NCBI GenBank assembly: GCA_034722575.1
Contig: JAYEOD010000061.1
Coordinates: 1 to 24,943 of the forward strand
DNA from: Bacteroidota bacterium
GTDB taxonomy: Bacteria; Bacteroidota; Bacteroidia; Bacteroidales; JAIPAH01
Direction: 5' to 3'
Length of the DNA: 24,943 nucleotides
Shown here piece after piece: positions 16,637 to 24,943 of this stretch. The notes under the pieces were generated by a model. That model saw only the letters and a program-made list of their open reading frames with translations. It had not been told where the DNA came from and made no database searches. Position 1 is the first letter of the stretch, and every line of letters begins with the position of its first letter. The position numbers and the translations under genes were made by a program.

Positions 16637-17806
16637 CTAACTCTCCTCTTCAATAAATTCTTCACTTTTTTTAGTGTTAAGCTCTAGTTCATTGCTACGG
16701 CTAATTGCCTGTATTATGCCAAATGAAACAAGTATTGTTATTACAGATGTTCCTCCCATACTGATAATTGGTAATGTTTGTCCGGTAACGGGTAGTAAAC
16801 CTACTGAAACTCCCATATTAACCATAGCCTGGAAAGAAACCATAAAGCTAATGCCAAATACTGTTAGTTTTCTGAAATTGGTTTTACTTTTGTTAGATAT
16901 TTGTATTGCCCGAAACAGTAGTGCCAGATAGAGTGAAAGGATAAATATTCCTGAAAATATTCCGTATTCTTCTATAATAATAGCATAGATAAAATCATTA
17001 TGTGCTTGAGGGAGAAAAAATCTTTGAGTACTTTTTCCCGGAGTTTTCCCAAACCATCCGCCTGTGGCAACTGCCATTTTAGCTTGATTGCTTTGCCATT
17101 GTGCATCTTTTGATTGTTCGGCGGTGTTAGAAGAGGTGTATGTCTCTATTCTTTTTTTCCATGTGCCAAATCTGCCAACTTCGGGAAATGCATTTATTGC
17201 CATCCATAAAATACCCAGAAATATAATTACTGTACCGGCTAAAAGTAGTAAGTGTTTTATTGATGTGCGCCCGACAAAGAGTAAAAGCACGCTAGAGACA
17301 AAAACTAATGCCGATGTTGAAAAGTTTCCGACAAAAATAAAGCCACAAACAAGTGCTATGGGGATAAGTAGTTTTACAAAGGTGTTAAACTCTTTTATAG
17401 TTTTTTGGTTATTAGCAATCAATCGGGCAAGAAAGATTATTAAAATAAATTTTGCCGGGTCGGATGTTTGAAATGAGTTGAGAATTGGTACCTGTATCCA
17501 ACGCGATTCGTTACCAAAAATCATTGTAAATAACAGGGCAGGGATAATTACGAAAATACCTAGTTGCGATAGTCCTGATATTACTGATGGTTTTAGTTTG
17601 TGTGTAAAGTAGGCGGCAACCCAGCCAATTATTAAAAATAGTATCTGTCTTTTTAAATAATATTCTGTATCTCCTCCTTGAAGTTTATATGCTAAATTAC
17701 ATGAAGAACTATATACCGATACAATGGAGAAAATAGACAGGAAAAACATTATAACCCAAATGGCTCTGTCTCCTTCAAAATTTGCTTTGTATTTTCTAAA
17801 ATTCAT
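16637..17806 (-). CDS. ftsW: SEDS peptidoglycan polymerase FtsW
   Basis: Multi-TM protein; SFQTSDPAK, NFSTSAL, LPQAHNDFIYAIIIEEYG, LPVTGQTLPIISMGGTS. Confidence 0.95.
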   Translation of the reverse strand: MNFRKYKANFEGDRAIWVIMFFLSIFSIVSVYSSSCNLAYKLQGGDTEYYLKRQILFLIIGWVAAYFTHKLKPSVISGLSQLGIFVIIPALLFTMIFGNESRWIQVPILNSFQTSDPAKFILIIFLARLIANNQKTIKEFNTFVKLLIPIALVCGFIFVGNFSTSALVFVSSVLLLFVGRTSIKHLLLLAGTVIIFLGILWMAINAFPEVGRFGTWKKRIETYTSSNTAEQSKDAQWQSNQAKMAVATGGWFGKTPGKSTQRFFLPQAHNDFIYAIIIEEYGIFSGIFILSLYLALLFRAIQISNKSKTNFRKLTVFGISFMVSFQAMVNMGVSVGLLPVTGQTLPIISMGGTSVITILVSFGIIQAISRSNELELNTKKSEEFIEEES

Positions 17807-17862
17807 ATAAGTAATAGTTTGTGTTATTGTTTACAAGAGATACGTTAAAAGAAAATATCGGA

Positions 17863-18411
17863 TTATATTTTTCTGGTAAAATATTTAAACTGATCTCCTC
17901 TGTCATCATAATTTTTAAAAAGGTCGAAGCTGTTACACGCCGGCGAGAGTAGTACAGCGTGATTGTTTTCTGCTAAAGAGTATGCGCCCTTTACAGCCTC
18001 TTCCATAGATTGTGTTTCGTAAATAGTGTCAAAAATCCCACTAAATTCTTTTATTATTTTGGTGTTATCTTTTCCAATACAAATTATTGCTTTGACCTTT
18101 TCTTGAACTAATGGTATTAGTTTAGAGTAGTCGTTTCCATTGTCTTCGCCACCGGCAATCCATATAATTGGTTTGTTGATACTCTCTAAAGCATACCAAG
18201 TACTGTTTATTTTAGTTGCTTTTGAGTCGTTTATAAACTCTATACCGTGTATGGTGGAGACAGATTCTAAGCGATGCTCAATATTTTGAAAGTCGGATAA
18301 GCACTGTTGAATGTTGCTTTTTCTGATATCGAGTAAACGAGAGGTTATTCCCGCAGCCATTGAATTGTGTTTGGTGGTTTTGCCTTGCAATGCTAATTCT
18401 TCTAGGGTCAT
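17863..18411 (-). CDS. murD: Stand-alone C-terminal domain of MurD (182 aa); N-terminal and central ATPase domains absent; either a pseudogene remnant or a diverged paralog
   Basis: Matches the last ~40% of MurD: NSMAAG, EHRLE, FINDSKAT, WIAGG, VLLSPAC.SFDLFKNY..RG. Sits in the murD slot between mraY and ftsW. Only 44 bp lie upstream, with an in-frame TAA four codons before the ATG. Confidence 0.9.
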   Translation of the reverse strand: MTLEELALQGKTTKHNSMAAGITSRLLDIRKSNIQQCLSDFQNIEHRLESVSTIHGIEFINDSKATKINSTWYALESINKPIIWIAGGEDNGNDYSKLIPLVQEKVKAIICIGKDNTKIIKEFSGIFDTIYETQSMEEAVKGAYSLAENNHAVLLSPACNSFDLFKNYDDRGDQFKYFTRKI

Positions 18412-18455
18412 AATATTTTTTTATATAAAATAAGTTTGTTTTTATCTTTTGTTTA

Positions 18456-19709
18456 TTATCTGATTTTTAATGTTACGATTGTTAGAATGGCCAGCATAAT
18501 TCCTATAATCATAAATCGTTGTACGATTTTTGGCTCCGGATATCCTAGCTTTTGATAATGATGATGTAGCGGAGACATCTTAAATATTCTGCGTCCTTCG
18601 CCATGTTTTTTCTTTGTGTATTTGAAGTAGCTTACCTGAAGCACAACAGATAGATTTTCTGCTAAAAATATCCCGCAAAGGATAGGGATAAGAAGCTCTT
18701 TTCGAATCATTATTGCAAAAACAGCAATAACTCCTCCTAATGTAAGGCTGCCTGTGTCGCCCATAAATACTTGCGCAGGATAGGAGTTGTACCATAAAAA
18801 TCCAATACTTGCTCCAACAAAAGCACTGATATAAATGGTTAATTCGCCAACATTAGGGATGTACATTATATTCAGATAATCGGAGAAAACAATATTGCCG
18901 GAAATCCATGCCAGAAGACCTAAAGTGGCTCCTATTATAGCTGAAGTTCCTGTTGCTAACCCATCTATTCCATCGGTTAAATTGGCTCCATTAGAGACAG
19001 ATGTGACTATTAATATTATGATAGGGATAAATATCAGGAAGGTGTATTTTCCTGCTCCTTTGCCTAGCCATGAGATTAAAATTCCGTAGTCGAATTCGTT
19101 ATTTTTTACGAATGGAATTGTTGTTTTTGTTGATTTTATTGGTTCGGTATATCTTTCATATACTGTATTTGCTGCAGCAGATGTACTGTTTGCGATTTGT
19201 GTAGCTGTCTTTTCGTGGGTTTGTAGCTTTTCTTTAATAACAATGTCTTCGTTAAAATACATTGTTACACCAACTACAATACCTAAAATTACTTGTCCTA
19301 AAATTTTAAATTTTCCGGCTAAACCCTTTTTGTCTTTTCTAAAAACTTTGATGTAGTCATCTATAAAGCCAATGATTCCAAGCCATATGGTTGCGAATAG
19401 GATTAGTAAAATGTAAATATTATCGAGTTTAGCAAATAGTAATGTTGGTATTACAATGGCTCCTATAATAATTAAACCTCCCATTGTAGGAGTGCCTTGT
19501 TTTTCTGTTTGACCGGAAAGTCCGAGATTGCGAACAGTTTCGCCAACTTGTTTTTTTACTAACAGGCGTATTAGGCTTTTCCCAAAAAGAAGAGATATCA
19601 ACAGCGATGTGATTGCTGCTCCGGCTGCCCGGAAAGAGATATATTGAAACATTCCTGCTCCAGGAAAATTAAACGCTTTGTCAAGATGTTCGAACAAATA
19701 GTATAGCAT
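18456..19709 (-). CDS. mraY: Phospho-N-acetylmuramoyl-pentapeptide transferase (start placed at ATG 19709, MLYYLF)
   Basis: [44 protein letters not shown]. Confidence 0.98.
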   Translation of the reverse strand: MLYYLFEHLDKAFNFPGAGMFQYISFRAAGAAITSLLISLLFGKSLIRLLVKKQVGETVRNLGLSGQTEKQGTPTMGGLIIIGAIVIPTLLFAKLDNIYILLILFATIWLGIIGFIDDYIKVFRKDKKGLAGKFKILGQVILGIVVGVTMYFNEDIVIKEKLQTHEKTATQIANSTSAAANTVYERYTEPIKSTKTTIPFVKNNEFDYGILISWLGKGAGKYTFLIFIPIIILIVTSVSNGANLTDGIDGLATGTSAIIGATLGLLAWISGNIVFSDYLNIMYIPNVGELTIYISAFVGASIGFLWYNSYPAQVFMGDTGSLTLGGVIAVFAIMIRKELLIPILCGIFLAENLSVVLQVSYFKYTKKKHGEGRRIFKMSPLHHHYQKLGYPEPKIVQRFMIIGIMLAILTIVTLKIR

Positions 19710-19713
19710 GGTT

Positions 19714-21168
19714 TTATTTAATGTATTCGTTAATAATTTCTTTGTCGTCAAAATGTTGTTTCACACCATTTATCTCCTGATACTTCTCATGTCCTTTTCC
19801 TGCTATAAGAATAATATCGCCTGGATTAGAGAGAAAACATGCTGTTTTAATGGCCTCTTTTCGAGAGGTGATAGAGATTACCTTGCCTTTTGCTTCTGCC
19901 GGAATCCCTTTTTCAATATCTCTGATAATGGTATCAGGATCTTCGTTGCGAGGATTGTCGGAAGTGAGAATCACTTTGTTGCTCAAGGTGGCGGCTATTT
20001 TTCCCATAATTGGACGCTTTGAAGAGTCTCTGTCTCCACCGGCGCCAATTACAGAAATTAGTGTTTCGTTATGTGTTCTGGATTCATTGATAGTCTCCAG
20101 TACATTTTTTAACGCATCGGGTGTGTGGGCATAATCTATAATAACTATCCTGCCTTCGGTTGATTTTGTGTAGTCGAAGCGTCCTTCTACAGTTTTTAAA
20201 TTGCTTATAGATGTTAATACTTCTGTGATGTTTTCGCCTAAAAGTATAGCGGTGGCGTATGTTGCCAGTAAGTTGTAAGCATTGAATCTTCCAACGAGCC
20301 GGCACCAAACCTCCAGATTATTTATCTGTAAAGAAAATCCTTCTAGTTCGTTTGATAAAAGTTTTGCCTTAAAATCAGCATTTCTGTTTAGTGCGTAAGT
20401 GTATTTTTTTGCCTTTGTGTTTTGTAATAATATATTTCCGTTTTTGTCGTCGATATTTGTTAATGCCCATGATGTTTTTGGTAGATTATCGAAAAATATT
20501 TTTTTTGCGTATAGATACTCTTTGAAAGTTTTGTGATAATCTAAATGGTCTTGTGTTAGGTTCGAAAATATTCCTCCAACAAAGTGTAGCCCAAAAATCC
20601 TGTCTTGATGAATGGCGTGTGAGCTGACTTCCATAAAACAATGAGTAACTCTGTTTTTTACCATGTTATGTAGTAACTCATTTAATTTTATAGGGTCGGG
20701 CGTTGTGTGTGTTGCAGGGAAAATATTATCGTCGATTTTGTTTTCTATTGTAGATATTAAACCGCAAGAGTATCCTAAATCTCTGAAAAGATTGAATAAT
20801 AAAGTAACAGTGGTTGTTTTTCCATTGGTTCCTGTTATGCCAACCAGATTTATTTTTTTTGACGGGTTGTTATAGTAGTTAGATGCTATTAAGCTAAGTG
20901 CTTTTCTGGAGTTGTTGGTTTTAATATAGGTTATATTGTCAGATAGTTGTTTGGGAAGCTCTTCGCAAACAATTGCTGAAACACTGTTTTTTTCAACCTC
21001 GCTAATGAATTTGTGTCCATCGGCTTGTGTGCCTTTTACAGCAATAAAAAGACTTTCTTTTTCGCACTTGCGTGAGTCGAAAGAGATATTCTCTATTTCA
21101 CGATTTATTGATCCAACAATTTCTGTTGAGTCAACTCCTTTTAATATGTCTTTTAAATTTTTTTTCAT
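19714..21168 (-). CDS. murE: UDP-N-acetylmuramoyl-L-alanyl-D-glutamate--2,6-diaminopimelate ligase
   Basis: [37 protein letters not shown] (meso-DAP specificity motif), GKGHE. Confidence 0.98.
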   Translation of the reverse strand: MKKNLKDILKGVDSTEIVGSINREIENISFDSRKCEKESLFIAVKGTQADGHKFISEVEKNSVSAIVCEELPKQLSDNITYIKTNNSRKALSLIASNYYNNPSKKINLVGITGTNGKTTTVTLLFNLFRDLGYSCGLISTIENKIDDNIFPATHTTPDPIKLNELLHNMVKNRVTHCFMEVSSHAIHQDRIFGLHFVGGIFSNLTQDHLDYHKTFKEYLYAKKIFFDNLPKTSWALTNIDDKNGNILLQNTKAKKYTYALNRNADFKAKLLSNELEGFSLQINNLEVWCRLVGRFNAYNLLATYATAILLGENITEVLTSISNLKTVEGRFDYTKSTEGRIVIIDYAHTPDALKNVLETINESRTHNETLISVIGAGGDRDSSKRPIMGKIAATLSNKVILTSDNPRNEDPDTIIRDIEKGIPAEAKGKVISITSRKEAIKTACFLSNPGDIILIAGKGHEKYQEINGVKQHFDDKEIINEYIK

Positions 21169-21170
21169 TG

Positions 21171-23273
21171 TTATGATAGATGTAAAACAATTTTTCTTCC
21201 TGTTGTGGCTTTTGTTCCGGGAATGATTGATTGTCTTCGTACTTTCCCTTTTCCGTATATTGTTACGTTTAACTCAAGTTTTTCAAGAATATATATAGCA
21301 TCTTTAATTCCCATTCCTCTTACGTTAGGAATAATATTTTCTTTAAATTTTCTGATGCCAAATTGCACTGTGTCTTGTATGCGTGTGCTTATTACCCACT
21401 CTGCTTCTGAGCTGTTTTCATCAATATGATAGCCTAGGTTTTTATAGATGTTTTCCAGATCGTTGCGTTGTGCTACAGCGATTAGAGGTGGATACGACGT
21501 AATGACTTTTTTTATTTCGTAATCTTGGATTTCTATGTGTGTTGCATAAATTTTATCAGAAATATCTTTAAAAACAGTTCCCGATACTTGATTTCCATAA
21601 TAAGAGCCTTTTGTAGGCTGATTGATTGTTACAATTATGCTATATTGAGGGTTGTTTGCCGGGAAATATCCTGCAAAAGAAGCCTTGTAATCCGACTTGT
21701 TATATCCTCCGGATTTTTGAGCTATTTGTGCGGTGCCTGTTTTTCCTGCTATTTTATAAACACTGCTTTTTAAATTTCGTGCAGTACCTTCCCGAACAAC
21801 GTTTTCCAGAAGTTGTTGTACGATTTTTATTGATTTGTCTGATGCAATAGATGGATTGATGATTTGTGTTTCAAATTTTTTTATAATATCGCCGGAGTTG
21901 CGAACCTCTTTTACAAACTGCGGCTTTATCATTTTACCATCGTTAGCAACAGCATTATAAAATGTTAGTATTTGTAATGGGGTAAGTAGTGTTTCGTAGC
22001 CGATTGACATCCATGGCAATGAAACTGCCGACCAAGAAGTTTGGTCGGGAGAGTTGAAATAAGGTGAGCCTTCACCTTTAATATCTAGGTCTAGCTTTTT
22101 TAATAACGAAAAATTTTCGATTGTAGATAGAAAATCTTTAGGGTCGTTATACGCTTCCGTTATAATAGTGGAGACTCCAATATTTGATGATTTTACAAAA
22201 ATTTCAGATACTGATAATTTGCCATATCCTCCACGATGAGAATCGGTCATATAACGATTTGCAAACCGTTTTCTCCCTTTTCCGGTATCTATTGTATCAT
22301 TTAAGTCGGGTAGTTTTCCGTCTTCCAGAGCGGCGAGATACGAAATAAGTTTAAAGGTAGATCCCGGTTCGCTGGCTTCTCCAATGGCGTAATTATATAT
22401 TTCGTTGTAATTGCCGTTTTTGTCTTTGCCGATATTTGCAATGGCTTTTATTTGTCCTGTATGTACTTCCATTACAATGGCAGAGCCATGATGAGCAGCG
22501 TGTTTTTCTAGTTGCTCCCTAAGACTTGTTTCGGCAACATCTTGAATATTTACATCGATTGTAGTAATAATATCGAAACCATTTTTTGGTTCTATTTGGT
22601 TTGTGAACTCAGCAGGAATCCACGATCCGTCTGCTGTTTTCTGAAGGATACGCTCTCCATGTTCTCCTTGTAAGTAGTTGTTGTATGCGCCTTCTATTCC
22701 AACATCATTTTTTGTGTTTTTATTAGAGTAACCTAATGTTCTCGAGGCAATGTCTCCGTAAGGTTTTGTGCGGTGAGTTTTCGTTTCTATTAGTAGCCCC
22801 CCTCTATATTTCCCTCTATTTAGTATTGGGAATTTTTTTATGATATTTAGTTGGCGATAGGTGATACCTCTTTTTAATAGTAGGTATCTATTTCCTTTTT
22901 TACGTGCTTTTTTTAATTTATTTAAGTAGTAAGAGTAGCTATGGTTGTTGAAGTGGTATGCAAATTGTTTTGCTAAGGCAGAAACAGAGTCGTTGAATAA
23001 TTTGTTTGAGATGTTGCTGTTTGCTACGTCCATACGGATATTAAAAACAGGTACTGATGTAACAAGTAGTGTGCCGTCGTCAGCGCAGATGTTACCACGA
23101 ACAGCTTCTACTTTATCTGGTCTGAAGGTTAGTTGTTTTGCCTCATTAATCCATTTTTCATTTTCAACAAATTGAATATTGATAATCTGAATTAATATTA
23201 GTGCCCCCAGTATTGCTGTGGAAACATAAACAAGAAAAGCCCTTATTATGATTGTGTTTTTGGGATCGGACAT
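21171..23273 (-). CDS. ftsI: Class B penicillin-binding protein FtsI/PBP3 with C-terminal PASTA domain
   Basis: N-terminal TM; RGNI dimerisation domain; SxxK (STFK), SxN (SSN), KTG (GKTGT); PNVRGMGIKDA PASTA domain. Confidence 0.94.
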   Translation of the reverse strand: MSDPKNTIIIRAFLVYVSTAILGALILIQIINIQFVENEKWINEAKQLTFRPDKVEAVRGNICADDGTLLVTSVPVFNIRMDVANSNISNKLFNDSVSALAKQFAYHFNNHSYSYYLNKLKKARKKGNRYLLLKRGITYRQLNIIKKFPILNRGKYRGGLLIETKTHRTKPYGDIASRTLGYSNKNTKNDVGIEGAYNNYLQGEHGERILQKTADGSWIPAEFTNQIEPKNGFDIITTIDVNIQDVAETSLREQLEKHAAHHGSAIVMEVHTGQIKAIANIGKDKNGNYNEIYNYAIGEASEPGSTFKLISYLAALEDGKLPDLNDTIDTGKGRKRFANRYMTDSHRGGYGKLSVSEIFVKSSNIGVSTIITEAYNDPKDFLSTIENFSLLKKLDLDIKGEGSPYFNSPDQTSWSAVSLPWMSIGYETLLTPLQILTFYNAVANDGKMIKPQFVKEVRNSGDIIKKFETQIINPSIASDKSIKIVQQLLENVVREGTARNLKSSVYKIAGKTGTAQIAQKSGGYNKSDYKASFAGYFPANNPQYSIIVTINQPTKGSYYGNQVSGTVFKDISDKIYATHIEIQDYEIKKVITSYPPLIAVAQRNDLENIYKNLGYHIDENSSEAEWVISTRIQDTVQFGIRKFKENIIPNVRGMGIKDAIYILEKLELNVTIYGKGKVRRQSIIPGTKATTGRKIVLHLS

Positions 23274-23284
23274 TTGTCTTATTT

Positions 23285-23671
23285 TTATTTGTTTATAATT
23301 ATCTTTTGCGGAGGAACTGTTGACTCTTTTATTCCCCGTTGTTTTAATGATTTTGAAATAGATGACTGTTTCGTGATATTTGTTAATTCAGCTTTTGTTG
23401 CGATATGTTCGAATTTCAGCTTTTTTAATTCCTTTGTTAAGGATCCTATTTCCCTCGCATTTTTTTGACCGTAATAGGTATTTGAAATAAGTAGTACGAC
23501 TAAAAGACTGATGTAAACAGTTATTTTTATCAGCTTGTTAGAGTCTAAATCTTTGAAAGTCCTTCCTGTAAGAAGACCTATTGGTATTCTTAATATCTCA
23601 GAAAATCTGTTGTGTTTATTTTTTTTCTGAATTTCGGGTTCCGGGTTTTCTTCAGATTTTATTCTGTTCAT
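23285..23671 (-). CDS. ftsL: FtsL-like cell division protein (Bacteroidota type)
   Basis: Cytoplasmic N-terminus, one TM helix, coiled coil (EIGSLTKELKKLK), GIKESTVPP; located between rsmH and the PBP gene; ATGA overlap with rsmH. Confidence 0.8.
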   Translation of the reverse strand: MNRIKSEENPEPEIQKKNKHNRFSEILRIPIGLLTGRTFKDLDSNKLIKITVYISLLVVLLISNTYYGQKNAREIGSLTKELKKLKFEHIATKAELTNITKQSSISKSLKQRGIKESTVPPQKIIINK

Positions 23672-24576
23672 TTTGTCTTTTTTTCTGCGATTCTTAGTTT
23701 AGCGCTACGTGCTCTGTTGTTAATTTTCAACTCTTCTTCACTTGGCGTGATGGGCTTTCGTGGAGTAAGAATCATGTCTGTTATTATGTTACCGTAAAAG
23801 TCTTTTTCTATTTTGCCTTTGAAATTGCCCGATTTAAGAAAGTTTTTTACAGGTCTGTCTTCAAGGGAGTGGTATGATATAACAACTAATCTGCCTCCCG
23901 GTTTTAAAATATCTTTGCTTTTTATTAGTAATGTCTCTAGAGCTTCCATTTCACGATTTACTTCTATGCGTAAAGCTTGAAATACCTGAGCCAAATATTT
24001 ATGGTCGTTAAATTTCGGAATGCATTTAGCTATTGCTAATTTCAAATCGTCGGTAGTAATAATGTTATTTTCTTCACGAAATATTGCTATGTGTTCTGCT
24101 AGTTTCCATGAGTTTTTAAGCTCTCCATAGCGTTGGAAAACAGATTTTAAATCCTCTTTGGTATAAGTATTAACAATATCAGCTGCTGTAATTTTTGCCT
24201 CCGGATTCATGCGAAGATCTAAATTACTGCTGTATCGAATAGAGAAGCCACGACCCGGTACATCAAATTGATGTGACGAAACTCCAAGATCTGCTAATAT
24301 GCCATCTACCGGAATTGCATTGTAAAATCGCATCCAGTTTTTGATGTATATAAAATTGCTATTGATAAGGGTGAAGCGTTTGTCGTCAATAGCGTTTTTT
24401 AATGCATCCGGATCTTGATCGAAGGCGTATAAATGCCCTTTTTCCCCCAATTGTTCAAGTATTTTGCGCGAGTGTCCGCCGCCGCCAAAGGTTACATCTA
24501 TATATGTACCGTCGGGCTTAATGTTTAAACCTTCTATACTCTCTGACAGTAAAACAGGTTGATGATAAGTGCTCAT
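23668..24576 (-). CDS. rsmH: 16S rRNA m4C1402 methyltransferase
   Basis: YHQPVLL, DVTFGGGGHS, DLGVSSHQFD, FQALRIEVN, ISYHSLEDR, RARSAKLR. Confidence 0.98.
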   Translation of the reverse strand: MSTYHQPVLLSESIEGLNIKPDGTYIDVTFGGGGHSRKILEQLGEKGHLYAFDQDPDALKNAIDDKRFTLINSNFIYIKNWMRFYNAIPVDGILADLGVSSHQFDVPGRGFSIRYSSNLDLRMNPEAKITAADIVNTYTKEDLKSVFQRYGELKNSWKLAEHIAIFREENNIITTDDLKLAIAKCIPKFNDHKYLAQVFQALRIEVNREMEALETLLIKSKDILKPGGRLVVISYHSLEDRPVKNFLKSGNFKGKIEKDFYGNIITDMILTPRKPITPSEEELKINNRARSAKLRIAEKKTK

Positions 24577-24578
24577 TT

Positions 24579-24943
24579 TTAGTCGTTTTTATTTCGTAAT
24601 GCCTGCTTTGTTATATCGTAAAAATTCTTAGGTTTTTTATTGGTGTAGTTTTGGTACTCTTCAGCATCCCATATCTGAATCATATCAAGTATTGTAACCA
24701 AAACCACCTCTTTTCCGATGCTAAACTCTGCCTTTAACTGAGGAGGAATAGCAATCCTTTTTGCTTTATCAATAGTAACGGGCTGATGACCCCTTAAAAA
24801 ATGAATTAAAAATTCTTGAACTTCAGGTTGAAACCTGTCAAGCGTTTTTAGTTTTGTTGAAATATCCTCCCACTGCGATTGTGGGTATAGGTCGATACAT
24901 GGCTTGTCGGAATTGGGTTTAAGAATAAACATAGTGGTATCCT
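24579..24943 (-). CDS. mraZ: MraZ transcriptional regulator, divergent; 5' end outside the window
   Basis: The frame stays open to the window edge (D-T-T-M...). CIDLYP..QW, DxxxR (DKAKR)-IAIP, IQIWD; immediately upstream of rsmH. Confidence 0.78.
   Translation of the reverse strand, partial: DTTMFILKPNSDKPCIDLYPQSQWEDISTKLKTLDRFQPEVQEFLIHFLRGHQPVTIDKAKRIAIPPQLKAEFSIGKEVVLVTILDMIQIWDAEEYQNYTNKKPKNFYDITKQALRNKND

Noticed and set aside
16636-16665. Upstream extension of murG in the ORF track (start 16665)
   Set aside because: Overlaps the ftsW end; ATG 16635 gives the normal N-terminus.
18373-18384. GKTT in the short MurD as a relocated P-loop
   Set aside because: It aligns by position with the GxHN motif and lacks the preceding beta-strand and GT/SN residues; most likely coincidence.
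19060-19260. Large extracytoplasmic loop insertion in MraY
   Set aside because: The [17 protein letters not shown]-type insertion is a usual Bacteroidota MraY feature, as recalled.
19710-19751. Upstream extension of mraY in the ORF track (start 19751)
   Set aside because: Overlaps the murE end; ATG 19709 gives the typical MLYYLF start.
45-23797. Many 60-150-aa ORFs antisense or out of frame within the called genes (e.g. 4334-4663, 5336-5710, 11031-11456, 11541-11984, 17088-17471)
   Set aside because: Shadow ORFs with no recognisable motifs, lying inside well-supported CDSs.
9585-24943. Absence of murF, murB and ddl in the dcw cluster and of pyrH/frr after tsf
   Set aside because: These genes are commonly unlinked in Bacteroidota, unlike the murD truncation.
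1-24943. CRISPR arrays, IS or transposase genes, integrases, tRNA and rRNA genes
   Set aside because: None recognised; the intergenic gaps are short or explained by other elements.

Overview
AT-rich housekeeping window from a Bacteroidota genome, probably Bacteroidales/Marinilabiliales-like (inferred from TAnnTTTG promoters, A-rich translation starts without Shine-Dalgarno, a T9SS C-terminal domain and the gene order). Left to right it holds: 5'-truncated hutU; an Omp28-like T9SS cargo gene; metK with a SAM-II-type riboswitch; gldA-like ABC ATPase; rplM-rpsI-rpsB-tsf; yqeY; and a dcw cluster on the minus strand (mraZ partial, rsmH, ftsL, ftsI, murE, mraY, murD-like, ftsW, murG, murC, ftsQ, ftsA, ftsZ). 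I found no rRNA, tRNA, CRISPR array or mobile element. Two things stand out. (1) The murD slot holds only a 182-aa C-terminal MurD domain with an open frame and several changed ligand-contact residues, 44 bp after mraY. (2) A perfect 17-bp inverted repeat includes the start codon of the Omp28-like gene and brackets a 63-bp segment with two 16-bp direct repeats; it is a candidate invertible promoter or a hairpin that sequesters the start codon. All calls come from reading the sequence and recalled family motifs; no searches were run.
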